Both the position numbers and the translations under genes were made by a program. Under the pieces are notes generated by a model, which worked only from the letters and a program-made list of their open reading frames with translations, did no database searches and was not told the origin of the DNA. DNA of 63,302 nt, filler included. It is 6 parts of 6 records of this genome, joined end to end, with 100 filler letters (N's around TTAATTAATTAA, not from the genome) between each part and the next. Parts side by side here need not be neighbours in the genome. Positions count along the whole stretch, not along the records: positions 1 to 9,848 come from DRR723986_16541; 5 more parts are not named here. One strand, written 5' to 3'. Positions 1 to 9,546 of this stretch are shown here, in pieces; position 1 is the stretch's first letter; every line of letters starts with the position of its first letter.

Positions 1-120
1 CAACAAACAAAACAATCAAAAGAGCCTGAGATGCCAGCTAAAATCCTCAAAGACTCACAGCCCAAGACCGAAATGTTAAGGCAGCTCAAAGCGGTCAGGA
101 GTTAAACAAAAAGAACACCC

Positions 121-807
121 TCAAACCCCAAGCACACAACCCTCAGCAATCACAAAACAGCGGTCCCCAGTTCCGGGACGCAACAATGCCAATCCGGTGA
201 ACTCGCTAAAAGCCGGCAGAATCATATTGTGCGTGCCAACAAAAAAGCAGGGGAGACGCAGGGACTGACGGCCGCGGCCAACAAGACGCACACCCGGATG
301 GATGTGGCCCGACATCGAATACAACTCCTGCTTAACATCAGCAGCATTATTAACATCCGCCTCGGACGGATCGTGAATAAATAAAAACGGCCCTTCGCGT
401 AATTCGTCAACAACCTGAATGTTTAACTCGTTGTACTGCTCGGGATCTAACCTGTCGTGGTTGCCACGCACAAGCACAAACTCAACGGATTTAATGCGCG
501 CGCGATAGTCCAGCACCACCGGCCACTCGGGGTTAACACGGCTGTGAAATAAATCGCCAAGGCACAAGATGCGTGCGACGGGCAGGGCCTCCACGACCTC
601 ACAAAGACGCTCCAAATCTGCCGGCAGAACGCCCTGCGGCACAGGCAGTCCCTCGCTGCGGAAATGACCGCTCTTGCCCCAATGCATGTCACTGACAATT
701 AGAGTTTTACGGGCGGGCCACCAGACACAACGCTGCGGCAGCAAGGTCAGGTTTTCGTTTTGCAAATCAATCTGCACAACTGAATCGGAATTTAACATTT
801 TGTTCAT
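121..807 (-). CDS. pdeM: Ligase-associated DNA damage response metallophosphoesterase/endonuclease PdeM
   Basis: Calcineurin-like motifs SDMHWGK, LGDLFH, GNHD and GHIHP, plus LPCF/ILPAFS. Last gene of the exonuclease-ligase-Lhr-PdeM operon. Confidence 0.9.
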   Translation of the reverse strand: MNKMLNSDSVVQIDLQNENLTLLPQRCVWWPARKTLIVSDMHWGKSGHFRSEGLPVPQGVLPADLERLCEVVEALPVARILCLGDLFHSRVNPEWPVVLDYRARIKSVEFVLVRGNHDRLDPEQYNELNIQVVDELREGPFLFIHDPSEADVNNAADVKQELYSMSGHIHPGVRLVGRGRQSLRLPCFFVGTHNMILPAFSEFTGLALLRPGTGDRCFVIAEGCVLGV

Positions 808-816
808 CGTACCGGC

Positions 817-3306
817 CTAGCGTTTTCTGCGCCTTGTTGCACCCGCAGCATCTTCCAACTGTAACTTCATTTTCTGAATCCGGTCAATTAAACGTTCACT
901 GCCAAGTTTTTCACGCAAACGATCAACCATGATTGGAAATGCAAATGGCGTAAATCGCTCCGGGTAGCGCAATTCAATATTACGTGTGCGAATGCTGTCC
1001 AGCGCGGTTCTCAAACGTTTTTCCTCCAGCTGAAATGCCAAGGTCTCGCTATAGGCCTGGTGCATCAAACGGTTGCCGCCTTCGTATTTTTCAAAAACAT
1101 CAAACAGCAAACCACTGGATGCCTGTAGCTGTTTGCCCATTTTTTTGTTACCGGGATATCCCTGAAATACCAGGCCTGCGACGCGCGCAATATCGCGAAA
1201 TCTCCTGCGGGCCATTTCCGTAGCGTTAACACTTTCGTAGATGTCAGCGACCAGATTCTCGCTACTAAAAAGGTTCTGTGCCAGCGCTTCCTCAACCGGA
1301 ATATCTTCAGCCGCCAATATTTCAAAACCATAGTCATTCATTGCAATCGAAAAACTGATGGGCTGCATGCGTGAGATTCTATACGCCAAAACCGCGCCCA
1401 TGCCTTCGTGTACAAGGCGGCCCTCAAAAGGATAAAAGAATACGTGGCAGCCCTCGCGCGAGAACGTTTTTTCGATTAATAAAGTCTCCGCAGCGGGGAG
1501 CAGGGACCAGTTGCGTTGTAGTTCGAGCAGTGGCTCCAGAGTTTTAATTTCAATGCGGCGCGAGCGCGTCTTGCGGGCGGCGGCATCAATTTGCATGCGC
1601 ATATGTTCCGAGACTTCCGTAGAAAGCGGAATGCGTCCACCCTGCCAGGAAGGCACTTTGCCATCCTTTTTGTTACTCTTTTTAACATAGGCCGTCATGT
1701 CTTTAATGCGTACCAACTCCAGGTTGCGCCCGGCAAACCAAAAACTCTTACCGGGTTTAATCCCGGAGATAAACCACTCTTCAATCGTCCCCAATTTTTT
1801 GCCGCTCATGAACTGTACTTTTAGCGACACATTTGCCGAGATCGTACCAATCTGCATGCGGTGGCGCAGAGCCGTGCGGCGGTCGGCAATTACGTACAAG
1901 CCATCTTCGTTAATCTTAACTTTGCGGTATTCATCGTAGGCGTGTAAACTGCGCCCACCTGTCGTGATGAAGTCGAGCACCCAATCAAATTCTTCGTCGC
2001 TGATATCCTTAAACGCATGTGTGCTGCGTACCTCAGCAAGCGCTTCGGGCGCTGCAAACCCACCACCGCTTGCGAGCGTGATGAGCCACTGAACCAATAC
2101 GTCCAGCGGATTAATTTGCGGCACGCGCGACTCAACATCGCTCTGTTTAATCGCCTCCTGAATTGCTGCGGACTCAACAAGTTCGAGCGCATTCGTCGGC
2201 ACAAAATACATGCGCGATGTTGCTCCGGGGGAGTGCCCACTGCGTCCGGCGCGCTGCAGAAAACGTGCCACGCCTTTGGGGCTGCCAACCTGAATCACCG
2301 TTTCGACGGGGCTAAAGTCAACCCCCAAATCCAAAGTTGAAGTGCAGACTACCGCCTTGAGACGCTCATTGCGTAGCGCGTCCTCCACCCAGTGGCGCAC
2401 ATCCATGTCCAGCGAGCCATGGTGAATAGCCATTTGCCCAGCCAGTTCCGGCGCGGCTTCCAGCAGGCGGTGATACCAGATTTCCGTCTGCGAACGCACG
2501 TTCGTAAATATCAACGTGGTTTTACTGGCATGTATAAGTGGAATAATTTTCTCGACCATGTGCGCTCCCAGGTGCCCGGACCAGGGGAAACGCTCTATCT
2601 CATCCGGCAGGATCGAACTGATTGTTAACAACTTCTTTTGTTTAACGGTTACTGTGCGGCTTTTGGCATCGTTTGCGCTCGCTCCCAGCAACACATCTTT
2701 GGCTTCGTCCAGATTTCCGATTGTAGCCGAAATGCCCCAGGTGCACATCTTGGGGTTTATGCTGCGCAAATGAGCCAGCCCAAGTTCGGTTTGGCTGCCA
2801 CGTTTGGAAGCAAGTAATTCATGCCACTCGTCAACAACCGTCATGCGCAAATGCCGGAAGTGACGTGCTCCATCGGCCATTGAGAACAAAACGTGCAGAC
2901 TCTCCGGCGTGGTTATCAGCACCTGCGGCATGCGCTTCAGTTGACGCTGTTTAACTGACTGGCTCGTGTCACTCGTGCGTGTTTCTACCGTCCAGGGCAA
3001 TTCCAATTCAGCGCACGTTGTTTCAATGGCGCGTGCTATATCTGCTGCCAGGGCGCGCAATGGTGTTAACCAAAGCACCTGTAAACCACTGACTTTGGCA
3101 TTGCGGTAGTCCGCACTTTTCTGCTCATTGATCCACTGTATCACCGGCCCGAACCACATTGCATAGGTTTTGCCACTGCCGGTGGGCGCGTTTAACAATC
3201 CCTGCTCGCCGCGATTAAAGGCGTTCCAGCAGCGCTGTTGGAAGTCAAAAACTTGCCAGCCACGCTCGTCAAACCATTTCTGTATGGTGGGATTGCCTTG
3301 TTTCAC
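817..3306 (-). CDS. Ligase-associated DEXH-box (Lhr-core) helicase
   Basis: APTGSGKT, DEWH, SAT, HHGSL, LDLGVD and QRAGRSGH SF2 motifs; 829 aa. GTG start overlaps the ligase stop. Confidence 0.93.
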   Translation of the reverse strand: MKQGNPTIQKWFDERGWQVFDFQQRCWNAFNRGEQGLLNAPTGSGKTYAMWFGPVIQWINEQKSADYRNAKVSGLQVLWLTPLRALAADIARAIETTCAELELPWTVETRTSDTSQSVKQRQLKRMPQVLITTPESLHVLFSMADGARHFRHLRMTVVDEWHELLASKRGSQTELGLAHLRSINPKMCTWGISATIGNLDEAKDVLLGASANDAKSRTVTVKQKKLLTISSILPDEIERFPWSGHLGAHMVEKIIPLIHASKTTLIFTNVRSQTEIWYHRLLEAAPELAGQMAIHHGSLDMDVRHWVEDALRNERLKAVVCTSTLDLGVDFSPVETVIQVGSPKGVARFLQRAGRSGHSPGATSRMYFVPTNALELVESAAIQEAIKQSDVESRVPQINPLDVLVQWLITLASGGGFAAPEALAEVRSTHAFKDISDEEFDWVLDFITTGGRSLHAYDEYRKVKINEDGLYVIADRRTALRHRMQIGTISANVSLKVQFMSGKKLGTIEEWFISGIKPGKSFWFAGRNLELVRIKDMTAYVKKSNKKDGKVPSWQGGRIPLSTEVSEHMRMQIDAAARKTRSRRIEIKTLEPLLELQRNWSLLPAAETLLIEKTFSREGCHVFFYPFEGRLVHEGMGAVLAYRISRMQPISFSIAMNDYGFEILAAEDIPVEEALAQNLFSSENLVADIYESVNATEMARRRFRDIARVAGLVFQGYPGNKKMGKQLQASSGLLFDVFEKYEGGNRLMHQAYSETLAFQLEEKRLRTALDSIRTRNIELRYPERFTPFAFPIMVDRLREKLGSERLIDRIQKMKLQLEDAAGATRRRKR

Positions 3307-4910
3307 GTGAAGTGCCCATTAACGGTTTTCAGGAGTTGTTTTACACGCGCGAGCGTATCAGCTGCTTCTTTGGGCTTGTCTTTGCGCCAGCCTTGTATCC
3401 GCGGAAATCGCAAGGACACGCCCGACTTATGGCGCTTTGACTCCTGGATTCCTTCAAAGGCCAATTCAAATACCAACTCCGCTTTAACAGTGCGCACTGG
3501 ACCAAATCGCTCCAGCGTATTGTCTTTCACAAAACTGGCGATCTCACGGAGCTCGGATTCTGTTAAACCGGAATACGCTTTGGCGAGCGGCACCAAGTTG
3601 TCTTCGGCATCCCAGACTGCGAAGGTGAACTCATTATAGTTTTCTGCACTGCGGCTGTTTTCGCGCTGTGCATAAATTAGGACTGCGTCAATAGTGAATG
3701 GATCAACTTTCCAGGCCCACCAAGGACCTCGTTCTGCCAATTCAGTATAGGAGCTGTTCCGCTGTTTAATAATTATTCCCGCCGCACGGTTTTGACGTGA
3801 TTGTTTTTGCAGTACAACAAGCTCAGCCCAGGAGTGCACATTCAGTGGTTCAGTTAATTGCAGACAGTCCGTTTGCAGACTGTTAACGAGTTTAACCAAA
3901 GCAGCACGGCGCGCATGCAGTGGGGAAGGGCGCATGTCTTGACCGTCCAGCTCCAGCAAATCGTAGGCAATTAAGGCAACCGGCACATCTTTTAACAATT
4001 TCTTGCCAACGGTCTTACGCCCCAAGCGCCGCTGCAATTGATAAAATGGTTGGATCTTGCCATCAAACAGCGCAATGATTTCGCCGTCGATCACAAAATC
4101 ATTTGTTTGTTTCTCCAGCAGAACACTAAACTCCGGAAAAAGATCGGTCATTAACTCTGCAGCGCGTGACCACACAAACAGCGCACCATTGCGTTTAACA
4201 ATTTGTGCACGCAGGCCTTCCCACTTCCATTCGGCCTGCCACTCACTGCATGGTCCTAGCTCTTGTGGCTCAACATCCAGCGCTTGTGCCGCACAAAATG
4301 GATAGGTGCGCGAATTCCCGGCAAGTTCATCTTCTTTTGTGGTTAACTCACTAAAACTGTTTACTCCAGGCTGCCAATTGTCCATCAAGCGATGTTCAAC
4401 AACTCCGGCCTCCAAACCGTGAAGTTCCGCGATTGCGCGACTTAACAGACTGCGTGAGATACTGGACCTGAATCCGCCCGAAATCAGTTTGTTAAACAAC
4501 AGAATTTGCGGGCGTGGCAAAACATTCCAGGCGGCAATTACTCGGCTCTTGCGTTCAGCCGCATCCAGCGCTTCCAGACTATCCACCATTTCGATCCAGT
4601 CCGTCAGACTGTTCTGACTTTCACCCAATGTTTTGGGGATTATCAGTGCAACGGTTTCGGCCAGGTCACCAACGTGTGCATAACTTTCTTCAAAGAGCCA
4701 TTCCGGCAGCCCTGCAGTTTCGGTGCCCCATTCGCGCAGTTGCTGACTGTTAACATATCTGCGTTGCGGTTTGCCCAGCAGCAGCGCCAGCGCATGCCTT
4801 TTGTCCGAATTTTTAACTTCGGCGGCAAAGTACTGTTTAAGCAGGCCTGCGCGTAGTTCATTGGTTTCAGCTTCTTCGAGTTTGGCGACGAGCTCCGCGA
4901 ATATTTTCAT
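3303..4910 (-). CDS. ATP-dependent DNA ligase family protein with degenerate catalytic motifs
   Basis: Motif I EWKWEGLR, WSR, III IDGEI, IIIa AYDLLE and VI LRFPRI are recognisable, as is the OB domain FGPVRTV. Motifs IV (AAGIIIK) and V (WWAWK) are substituted. Confidence 0.9.
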   Translation of the reverse strand: MKIFAELVAKLEEAETNELRAGLLKQYFAAEVKNSDKRHALALLLGKPQRRYVNSQQLREWGTETAGLPEWLFEESYAHVGDLAETVALIIPKTLGESQNSLTDWIEMVDSLEALDAAERKSRVIAAWNVLPRPQILLFNKLISGGFRSSISRSLLSRAIAELHGLEAGVVEHRLMDNWQPGVNSFSELTTKEDELAGNSRTYPFCAAQALDVEPQELGPCSEWQAEWKWEGLRAQIVKRNGALFVWSRAAELMTDLFPEFSVLLEKQTNDFVIDGEIIALFDGKIQPFYQLQRRLGRKTVGKKLLKDVPVALIAYDLLELDGQDMRPSPLHARRAALVKLVNSLQTDCLQLTEPLNVHSWAELVVLQKQSRQNRAAGIIIKQRNSSYTELAERGPWWAWKVDPFTIDAVLIYAQRENSRSAENYNEFTFAVWDAEDNLVPLAKAYSGLTESELREIASFVKDNTLERFGPVRTVKAELVFELAFEGIQESKRHKSGVSLRFPRIQGWRKDKPKEAADTLARVKQLLKTVNGHFT

Positions 4911-6145
4911 TCAACGGCCTCCATTGCGTCACCGGAGGCAAGATCTTGTTTAAGTTTATCTGCTGCAATTCCGTCTGTTTGATTGATTGCAGCGCCCGCG
5001 GCTTGCGCCTTTTGGCTCGCTTTTGATTTTTGTGTTAATCCCGCTGCGCTCTGGGTTTCAGGTGAAAATTCACCGGGCCTCCCAGTCTTTTTGATCGTTG
5101 AATCTTCGAATCCAGATTCCGAAACTTGTGCCGATTCTTCGCGTTCAGTGTTTTCTGCGCGTGTGGATAGGGTCTCTAATTCTTCTGCCTCAATGCCCAT
5201 GTTCTCGCGCAGCCAACGTGCATAGATTGCGCTGTATCCATGTGTCACGTAAACTTTATGTGCACCGGTCGCTTTTACCGCGCTGTTCAATCCATCCCAG
5301 TCGGCATGATCACTAAGAACAAAACCCGGCCCTGTTGAGCGGCGACGTTTGGCGTTACGCAGCGCCATCCAACCCGAGGCAAATGCATATGAGCATTCAC
5401 CAAACTTTTGCATCCATTCGGAGCCCTGCACACTCGGTGGTGCAATAAGCAGTGCCGGTGTGTCTTTGCAGGCATCCGGCAGAACCTCGGGCGGCACGCC
5501 ACATTTCGGCAGGGCAACTCCTGCTTCCAGATGCGCTGCATTCATTTTATCGACCGCACTGTGTACATATATTGGCCCACGGATATTCGTCAGTCCCGCC
5601 AACAAACGCTGCGCCTTACCCAGTGAATAAGCTTGCAGGCAACTGGTGATTCCCCGAGCCTGATTTGCGGCCCACCACACGTCAATTTCGCGCATGACAT
5701 CAACTGGATCTGGCCAGCGATACACGGGCAGTGCAAAGGTTGACTCCGTCACAAACACGTGGCAGGGAACCGCTTCAAAGTCAGCGGCTACATTGTCGGG
5801 CTCAAGTTTGTAGTCGCCGGAAATCACCCAGACTTCGCCTTTGTATTCTACGCGAATCTGCGCTGAGCCGAGCACGTGTCCTGCGGGATGAAACGAAAAC
5901 TTGACATTATTGATCTGGATGGTTTCACCGTACTCCACGCCCTGGATCGGCAGCTTGCGACTGAGGCGCGCGCGCAGAATTGGAAGCGAGTGATAATGCG
6001 CCAGGTAGGACCGATGTCCGGCGCGCGCATGGTCAGAGTGCGCATGTGTTATCAGCGCACGCGGAACGGCCCGGACGGGGTCGATGTAGGCATCGGCCGG
6101 GGGACAGTAGAGACCTTGCTTGGTGACTTGAATCAGGGAAGGCAT
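4907..6145 (-). CDS. Ligase-associated DNA damage response exonuclease (metallo-beta-lactamase/beta-CASP fold)
   Basis: THAHSDH, AGHVLGSAQ, SGDYK, ESTF, SDHADW and VTHG motifs. Start placed at MPSLIQ (6145) rather than 6196. Confidence 0.9.
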   Translation of the reverse strand: MPSLIQVTKQGLYCPPADAYIDPVRAVPRALITHAHSDHARAGHRSYLAHYHSLPILRARLSRKLPIQGVEYGETIQINNVKFSFHPAGHVLGSAQIRVEYKGEVWVISGDYKLEPDNVAADFEAVPCHVFVTESTFALPVYRWPDPVDVMREIDVWWAANQARGITSCLQAYSLGKAQRLLAGLTNIRGPIYVHSAVDKMNAAHLEAGVALPKCGVPPEVLPDACKDTPALLIAPPSVQGSEWMQKFGECSYAFASGWMALRNAKRRRSTGPGFVLSDHADWDGLNSAVKATGAHKVYVTHGYSAIYARWLRENMGIEAEELETLSTRAENTEREESAQVSESGFEDSTIKKTGRPGEFSPETQSAAGLTQKSKASQKAQAAGAAINQTDGIAADKLKQDLASGDAMEAVE

Positions 6146-6322
6146 GCGCTGTAAAACGTGGCAGTCATCGAATGATTGCGTGCGCGACTGTCTCAAATGC
6201 TTGTGCCTTCTCGTTCAGTGCAAAACAAGATGGTTTTGCTGGGAGGGATTTGCAGGCAAACATAGCCAGGAAGGGTCAGCTCACTACGCAGTCAAAAATT
6301 TTTCAATTTGCAGAAGAGCGGT

Positions 6323-7612
6323 CTACAGTAATTTATCCTTGGAGAGTTGTTTAATACGTTTGTTTAACAACTCAACCTGCGCACGTGATTCGGTTAACTC
6401 GCGTGCACGTAAGAGCCAGGCGCGCGCTTCCAGAGGATCGTTAATCCGACGGTAAAAATCGCCAAGTGTAGCAAACAAGAGCGGATAGGACTGCAGGGAG
6501 GGCTCATCTTCCAGCTCGTGCAGCAGCGGCAGAGCGTTCCGCACACCGTCACACATTCCCACGGCAATTGCATTGTTAAGTTTTACGATTGGATGTGGTT
6601 TTATTTTGAGCAGCATCTTATAAAACTGCGCAATCATCTGCCAGTTGGTTTCCGAGTAGTTCTGCGCAATGCAGTGTTCGGCGGCAATACCGGCTTCCAG
6701 GTGGTAGGCGCTGAGAACTTCACCGCGGCCGGCGAGGCTGAGCTGCTGCAAAGCATGTTCGATTAACTCTTTATCCCATAGCTCACGATTTTGCTCTTCA
6801 AAAATGACGATAGCACCGCCGCTATCAAGGCGCGCATCAAATCGCGCCGCATGTAAACACATCAGGGCCAGCAGCGCTCGCACGTGGTATTCGTCAGGAA
6901 AAAACTCAACAACCATATGTGTTAAGCGGATTGCTTCGGCGCAGAGTTCACGGCGGATCGGCAACTCCGAGTGATTGGAGTTGTAACCTTCGTTAAACAA
7001 CAAATACAGGGTCAGGCAGACGGCGTCAAGTCGCGGATGCAAGGCGTCCCCCTGCGGCGACTCCAACTGAATATCTCCCGACCGAAATTTTTGTTTGGCG
7101 CGGTACAGGCGTTTGTTTATTGTGGGGACATTACTTAACAAGGCATGCGCAATTTCTTTAACGCTAAAACCCGCCAGTGTTTTGAGTGTTAAAGCGATTT
7201 GACTTTCGCGCGCCAGCTCAGGATGGCAGCAGGTAAAAACCATGCGCAGCTGGCTATCGCGAATCTCTTTGTCCAGAAATATTTCGTCCAGCTCGGTTTC
7301 GCGTGGCAATTCACCTTCGAGCAGTTGCGCATCCACTTTTTGTTTGATTTTATCACGGCGCAGGAGGTTAATCGTTTTGCGTTTGGCGACTTCCATGAGC
7401 CAGGCCGCCGGGTTTTCGGGCAGTGGTCCAACGCTCCAGGCCTGGAGGGCCGCCTGCAATGTATCCTGCACAATATCTTCTGCCAGCTCGATCTGTGCCA
7501 GACCAAACAGGCGTGTTAATATCGCCGTCATACGTGCAGCTTCGTGCCGAAACAGATGTTCCACCAGCGCGTCAACGTCGTTATTTTTTTGTGCAGACTT
7601 CATTTCAAGCAC
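6323..7612 (-). CDS. ECF sigma factor with long C-terminal TPR-like extension (ECF42-type)
   Basis: Sigma2 region (AEDIVQD..NPAAWL), LRMVFTCCHP, sigma4, LYLLFNEGY and YHLEAGIAAEH; 429 aa; adjacent to a DGPF protein. Confidence 0.88.
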   Translation of the reverse strand: MLEMKSAQKNNDVDALVEHLFRHEAARMTAILTRLFGLAQIELAEDIVQDTLQAALQAWSVGPLPENPAAWLMEVAKRKTINLLRRDKIKQKVDAQLLEGELPRETELDEIFLDKEIRDSQLRMVFTCCHPELARESQIALTLKTLAGFSVKEIAHALLSNVPTINKRLYRAKQKFRSGDIQLESPQGDALHPRLDAVCLTLYLLFNEGYNSNHSELPIRRELCAEAIRLTHMVVEFFPDEYHVRALLALMCLHAARFDARLDSGGAIVIFEEQNRELWDKELIEHALQQLSLAGRGEVLSAYHLEAGIAAEHCIAQNYSETNWQMIAQFYKMLLKIKPHPIVKLNNAIAVGMCDGVRNALPLLHELEDEPSLQSYPLLFATLGDFYRRINDPLEARAWLLRARELTESRAQVELLNKRIKQLSKDKLL

Positions 7613-7630
7613 CCTGCCGTGGTCTTAGGT

Positions 7631-7960
7631 TTAACCCTGTTCCAGAAATGGACGCACGATTAACTCAGAGTGTTCAAGCAGCGGGCAGGTTTGGGCAATT
7701 TTGGTTGCATCATCCATATCCTGCGCTTGAACAACGATGTATCCAGCGATAATTTCTTTGGCCTCCAGGAAGGGGCCATCCGTCTCCACCGTATCTGCAT
7801 TTGTGACTTTAACAGCTTCGGCGCTCAAACGATTGCCTTCAAGATGGCGCTCTCCCAGATTTGAGGCCCAGGCACGATAGTCCTGGACACGCGCCTGCAG
7901 CTCTGCCGGTGAGAGATCAACAACTGGGCGGCCCTTAACAACAAACAAGAACTTCTGCAT
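7631..7960 (-). CDS. YCII-related DGPF-motif protein
   Basis: TDGPFLEAKEIIAGY and C-terminal VRP motifs; typical ECF42 partner. Confidence 0.88.
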   Translation of the reverse strand: MQKFLFVVKGRPVVDLSPAELQARVQDYRAWASNLGERHLEGNRLSAEAVKVTNADTVETDGPFLEAKEIIAGYIVVQAQDMDDATKIAQTCPLLEHSELIVRPFLEQG

Positions 7961-8014
7961 AAAGCTTTCTCAACTTAAACCCTAGTACCGGAATTGTTAA
8001 TTGATGCGAAAATT

Positions 8015-8043
8015 GATGGGTGATGCGCTGGGCATCACCCATC
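8015..8043. other. 12-bp perfect hairpin between the SnoaL and DGPF genes
   Basis: GATGGGTGATGC-gctgg-GCATCACCCATC. Confidence 0.55.
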
Positions 8044-8099
8044 TCGCAAAGCGTGCATAATATACGCGCTAAAGTCTGACGAAGCACAATTGTTGTTGT

Positions 8100-8444
8100 T
8101 TACTGCGCAGCCGCCATAGCCTGGCGCATTTCGGTGGCATCGAACATCAGGCGAATCTGGCTGATTTGTCCGTCGCGCATCGTAAACCATTCAGCCATGC
8201 GTACCGGTTTAATCGGAATATTCGCCGTGAACTGGTACACAACACAGTGTTCGTTGCCATCCTGAAAGTGATGTTGCTGGTCCATCGATTTGATCATCGG
8301 CTGCATTTGCACGAGCGCAGCCTTAAACTCATCCGCACCTTTGATAGTCATGATCGGACCATGAAATTCAAAGTCGGCACTCAGCGGCAAGCTGTTGATT
8401 GACTCTTCCGTGCGGGCTGCATAGTATTGTTTGATCGCGTCCAT
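8100..8444 (-). CDS. SnoaL/NTF2-like protein
   Basis: DFEFHGP...KGADEF and AEWFTMRDGQISQIRLMFD pattern; RBS GGAGA upstream. Confidence 0.8.
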   Translation of the reverse strand: MDAIKQYYAARTEESINSLPLSADFEFHGPIMTIKGADEFKAALVQMQPMIKSMDQQHHFQDGNEHCVVYQFTANIPIKPVRMAEWFTMRDGQISQIRLMFDATEMRQAMAAAQ

Positions 8445-8485
8445 TTGTCTCTCCAGAATGTGTTAAGTAATGCTTTCAAGCCATC

Positions 8486-8512
8486 GGCGTTTGGGGAGCG
8501 AGAAATAGGACA
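8486..8512 (-). promoter_or_regulatory. Candidate ECF42-type promoter
   Basis: Minus strand reads TGTCCT-N17-CGCC, resembling the TGTCGA...CG(A/T)C ECF42 consensus. It lies upstream of SnoaL-DGPF-sigma. Confidence 0.45.
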
Positions 8513-8540
8513 ACTCTCAATAACTTTTTTCATTTTTTTC

Positions 8541-9221
8541 TCAAACGTCTGCAGGCTGCTCAATTGCCGCGTTCAGAAATGACATTAATGGTTCAGCAGC
8601 CGCAAACACTTGCAGGATGCGTTCTTCCAGTTTGTCGTTCTTCAGCAGCGGCTGCACACTTTCGGCACGCATGACGTACCATTGTTTATTGGCTATTAGG
8701 GGCTCAGCGTCTTGAGCCTCACGGAATTCCGGCGGAATGCGTTTGAGTCGGCTTCCCTGCACCGGACCGAACAGTTCTGAGAATTCCGTGGATCTATAGA
8801 TCCCGCCAAAACCGGAGGGGGCCGCAGCAATTGCGCTGCGGATGGCGTTAATTCCGGCTTTGTCTGGGCCGTAGGCACCACCGCCCAGGTGAATCTGATC
8901 GGCCGAAACTCCCAGGAAAAAACCTGCATTAACGGATTTGCGGCCACCACGCACAAAGGCGGCTTTCATGGTTGTGTTGTATGGCGACTTGTCCGCACTG
9001 AAACGGATGTCGCGATTGATACGAAAGATCGCCTCTTTAGCCTGCATGTCTATCTGTGCATCCAGGCTCTGCATGTGCGGCAGCAAATCTGCTACCAGCT
9101 TGCTAAATGGTTTTTTGACGTGTTGTTCGTAGCGTTTGCGGTTTTCATCGAACCAGGCTTTACTGTTGTTGGCCTGCAGCTCGCGCAGGAAGTCGCAGAA
9201 TTCAGTTGTCAGCACACTCAT
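8541..9221 (-). CDS. DUF2461 family protein
   Basis: FLRELQANNSKAWFDENRKRYE and IFRINRDIRFSADKSPY signatures. Start at MSVLTT (9221). Confidence 0.88.
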   Translation of the reverse strand: MSVLTTEFCDFLRELQANNSKAWFDENRKRYEQHVKKPFSKLVADLLPHMQSLDAQIDMQAKEAIFRINRDIRFSADKSPYNTTMKAAFVRGGRKSVNAGFFLGVSADQIHLGGGAYGPDKAGINAIRSAIAAAPSGFGGIYRSTEFSELFGPVQGSRLKRIPPEFREAQDAEPLIANKQWYVMRAESVQPLLKNDKLEERILQVFAAAEPLMSFLNAAIEQPADV

Positions 9222-9225
9222 AACT

Positions 9226-9546
9226 TTACTCCCGGATGACGTCGTAAGACTGCTCTGCCAGAGGCTGCCACAGGGCGTCACAGCTTTGAGGGCAGGCGAA
9301 CCACCCGCGTAGCGGACCTTTGTTTTTGAAGGGGTTAAATTCGGCCAAATCAGCGCATCCTGCGCCGGCCACGTCAAACTCCTTGCCGAGTTTGAAGACG
9401 AGCTCACCGCGCCGCGAAAGGAAGATAAACACCTTGCCGCGGTATGTAATCGCCGGCGAACTCATCATCTTGCCTGCAGCCACCTGCGTATCGCGGGCAG
9501 AGTATTGATCAAGTAGCGCTTCAAAACTTGCCTGTGCCTTGTGCAT
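9226..9546 (-). CDS. Small hypothetical protein, TfoX-N/YjbR-like
   Basis: GKMMSSPAITYRGKVF...LVFKL...FNPFKNKGPLRGW pattern; 4-nt gap to DUF2461. Confidence 0.6.
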   Translation of the reverse strand: MHKAQASFEALLDQYSARDTQVAAGKMMSSPAITYRGKVFIFLSRRGELVFKLGKEFDVAGAGCADLAEFNPFKNKGPLRGWFACPQSCDALWQPLAEQSYDVIRE

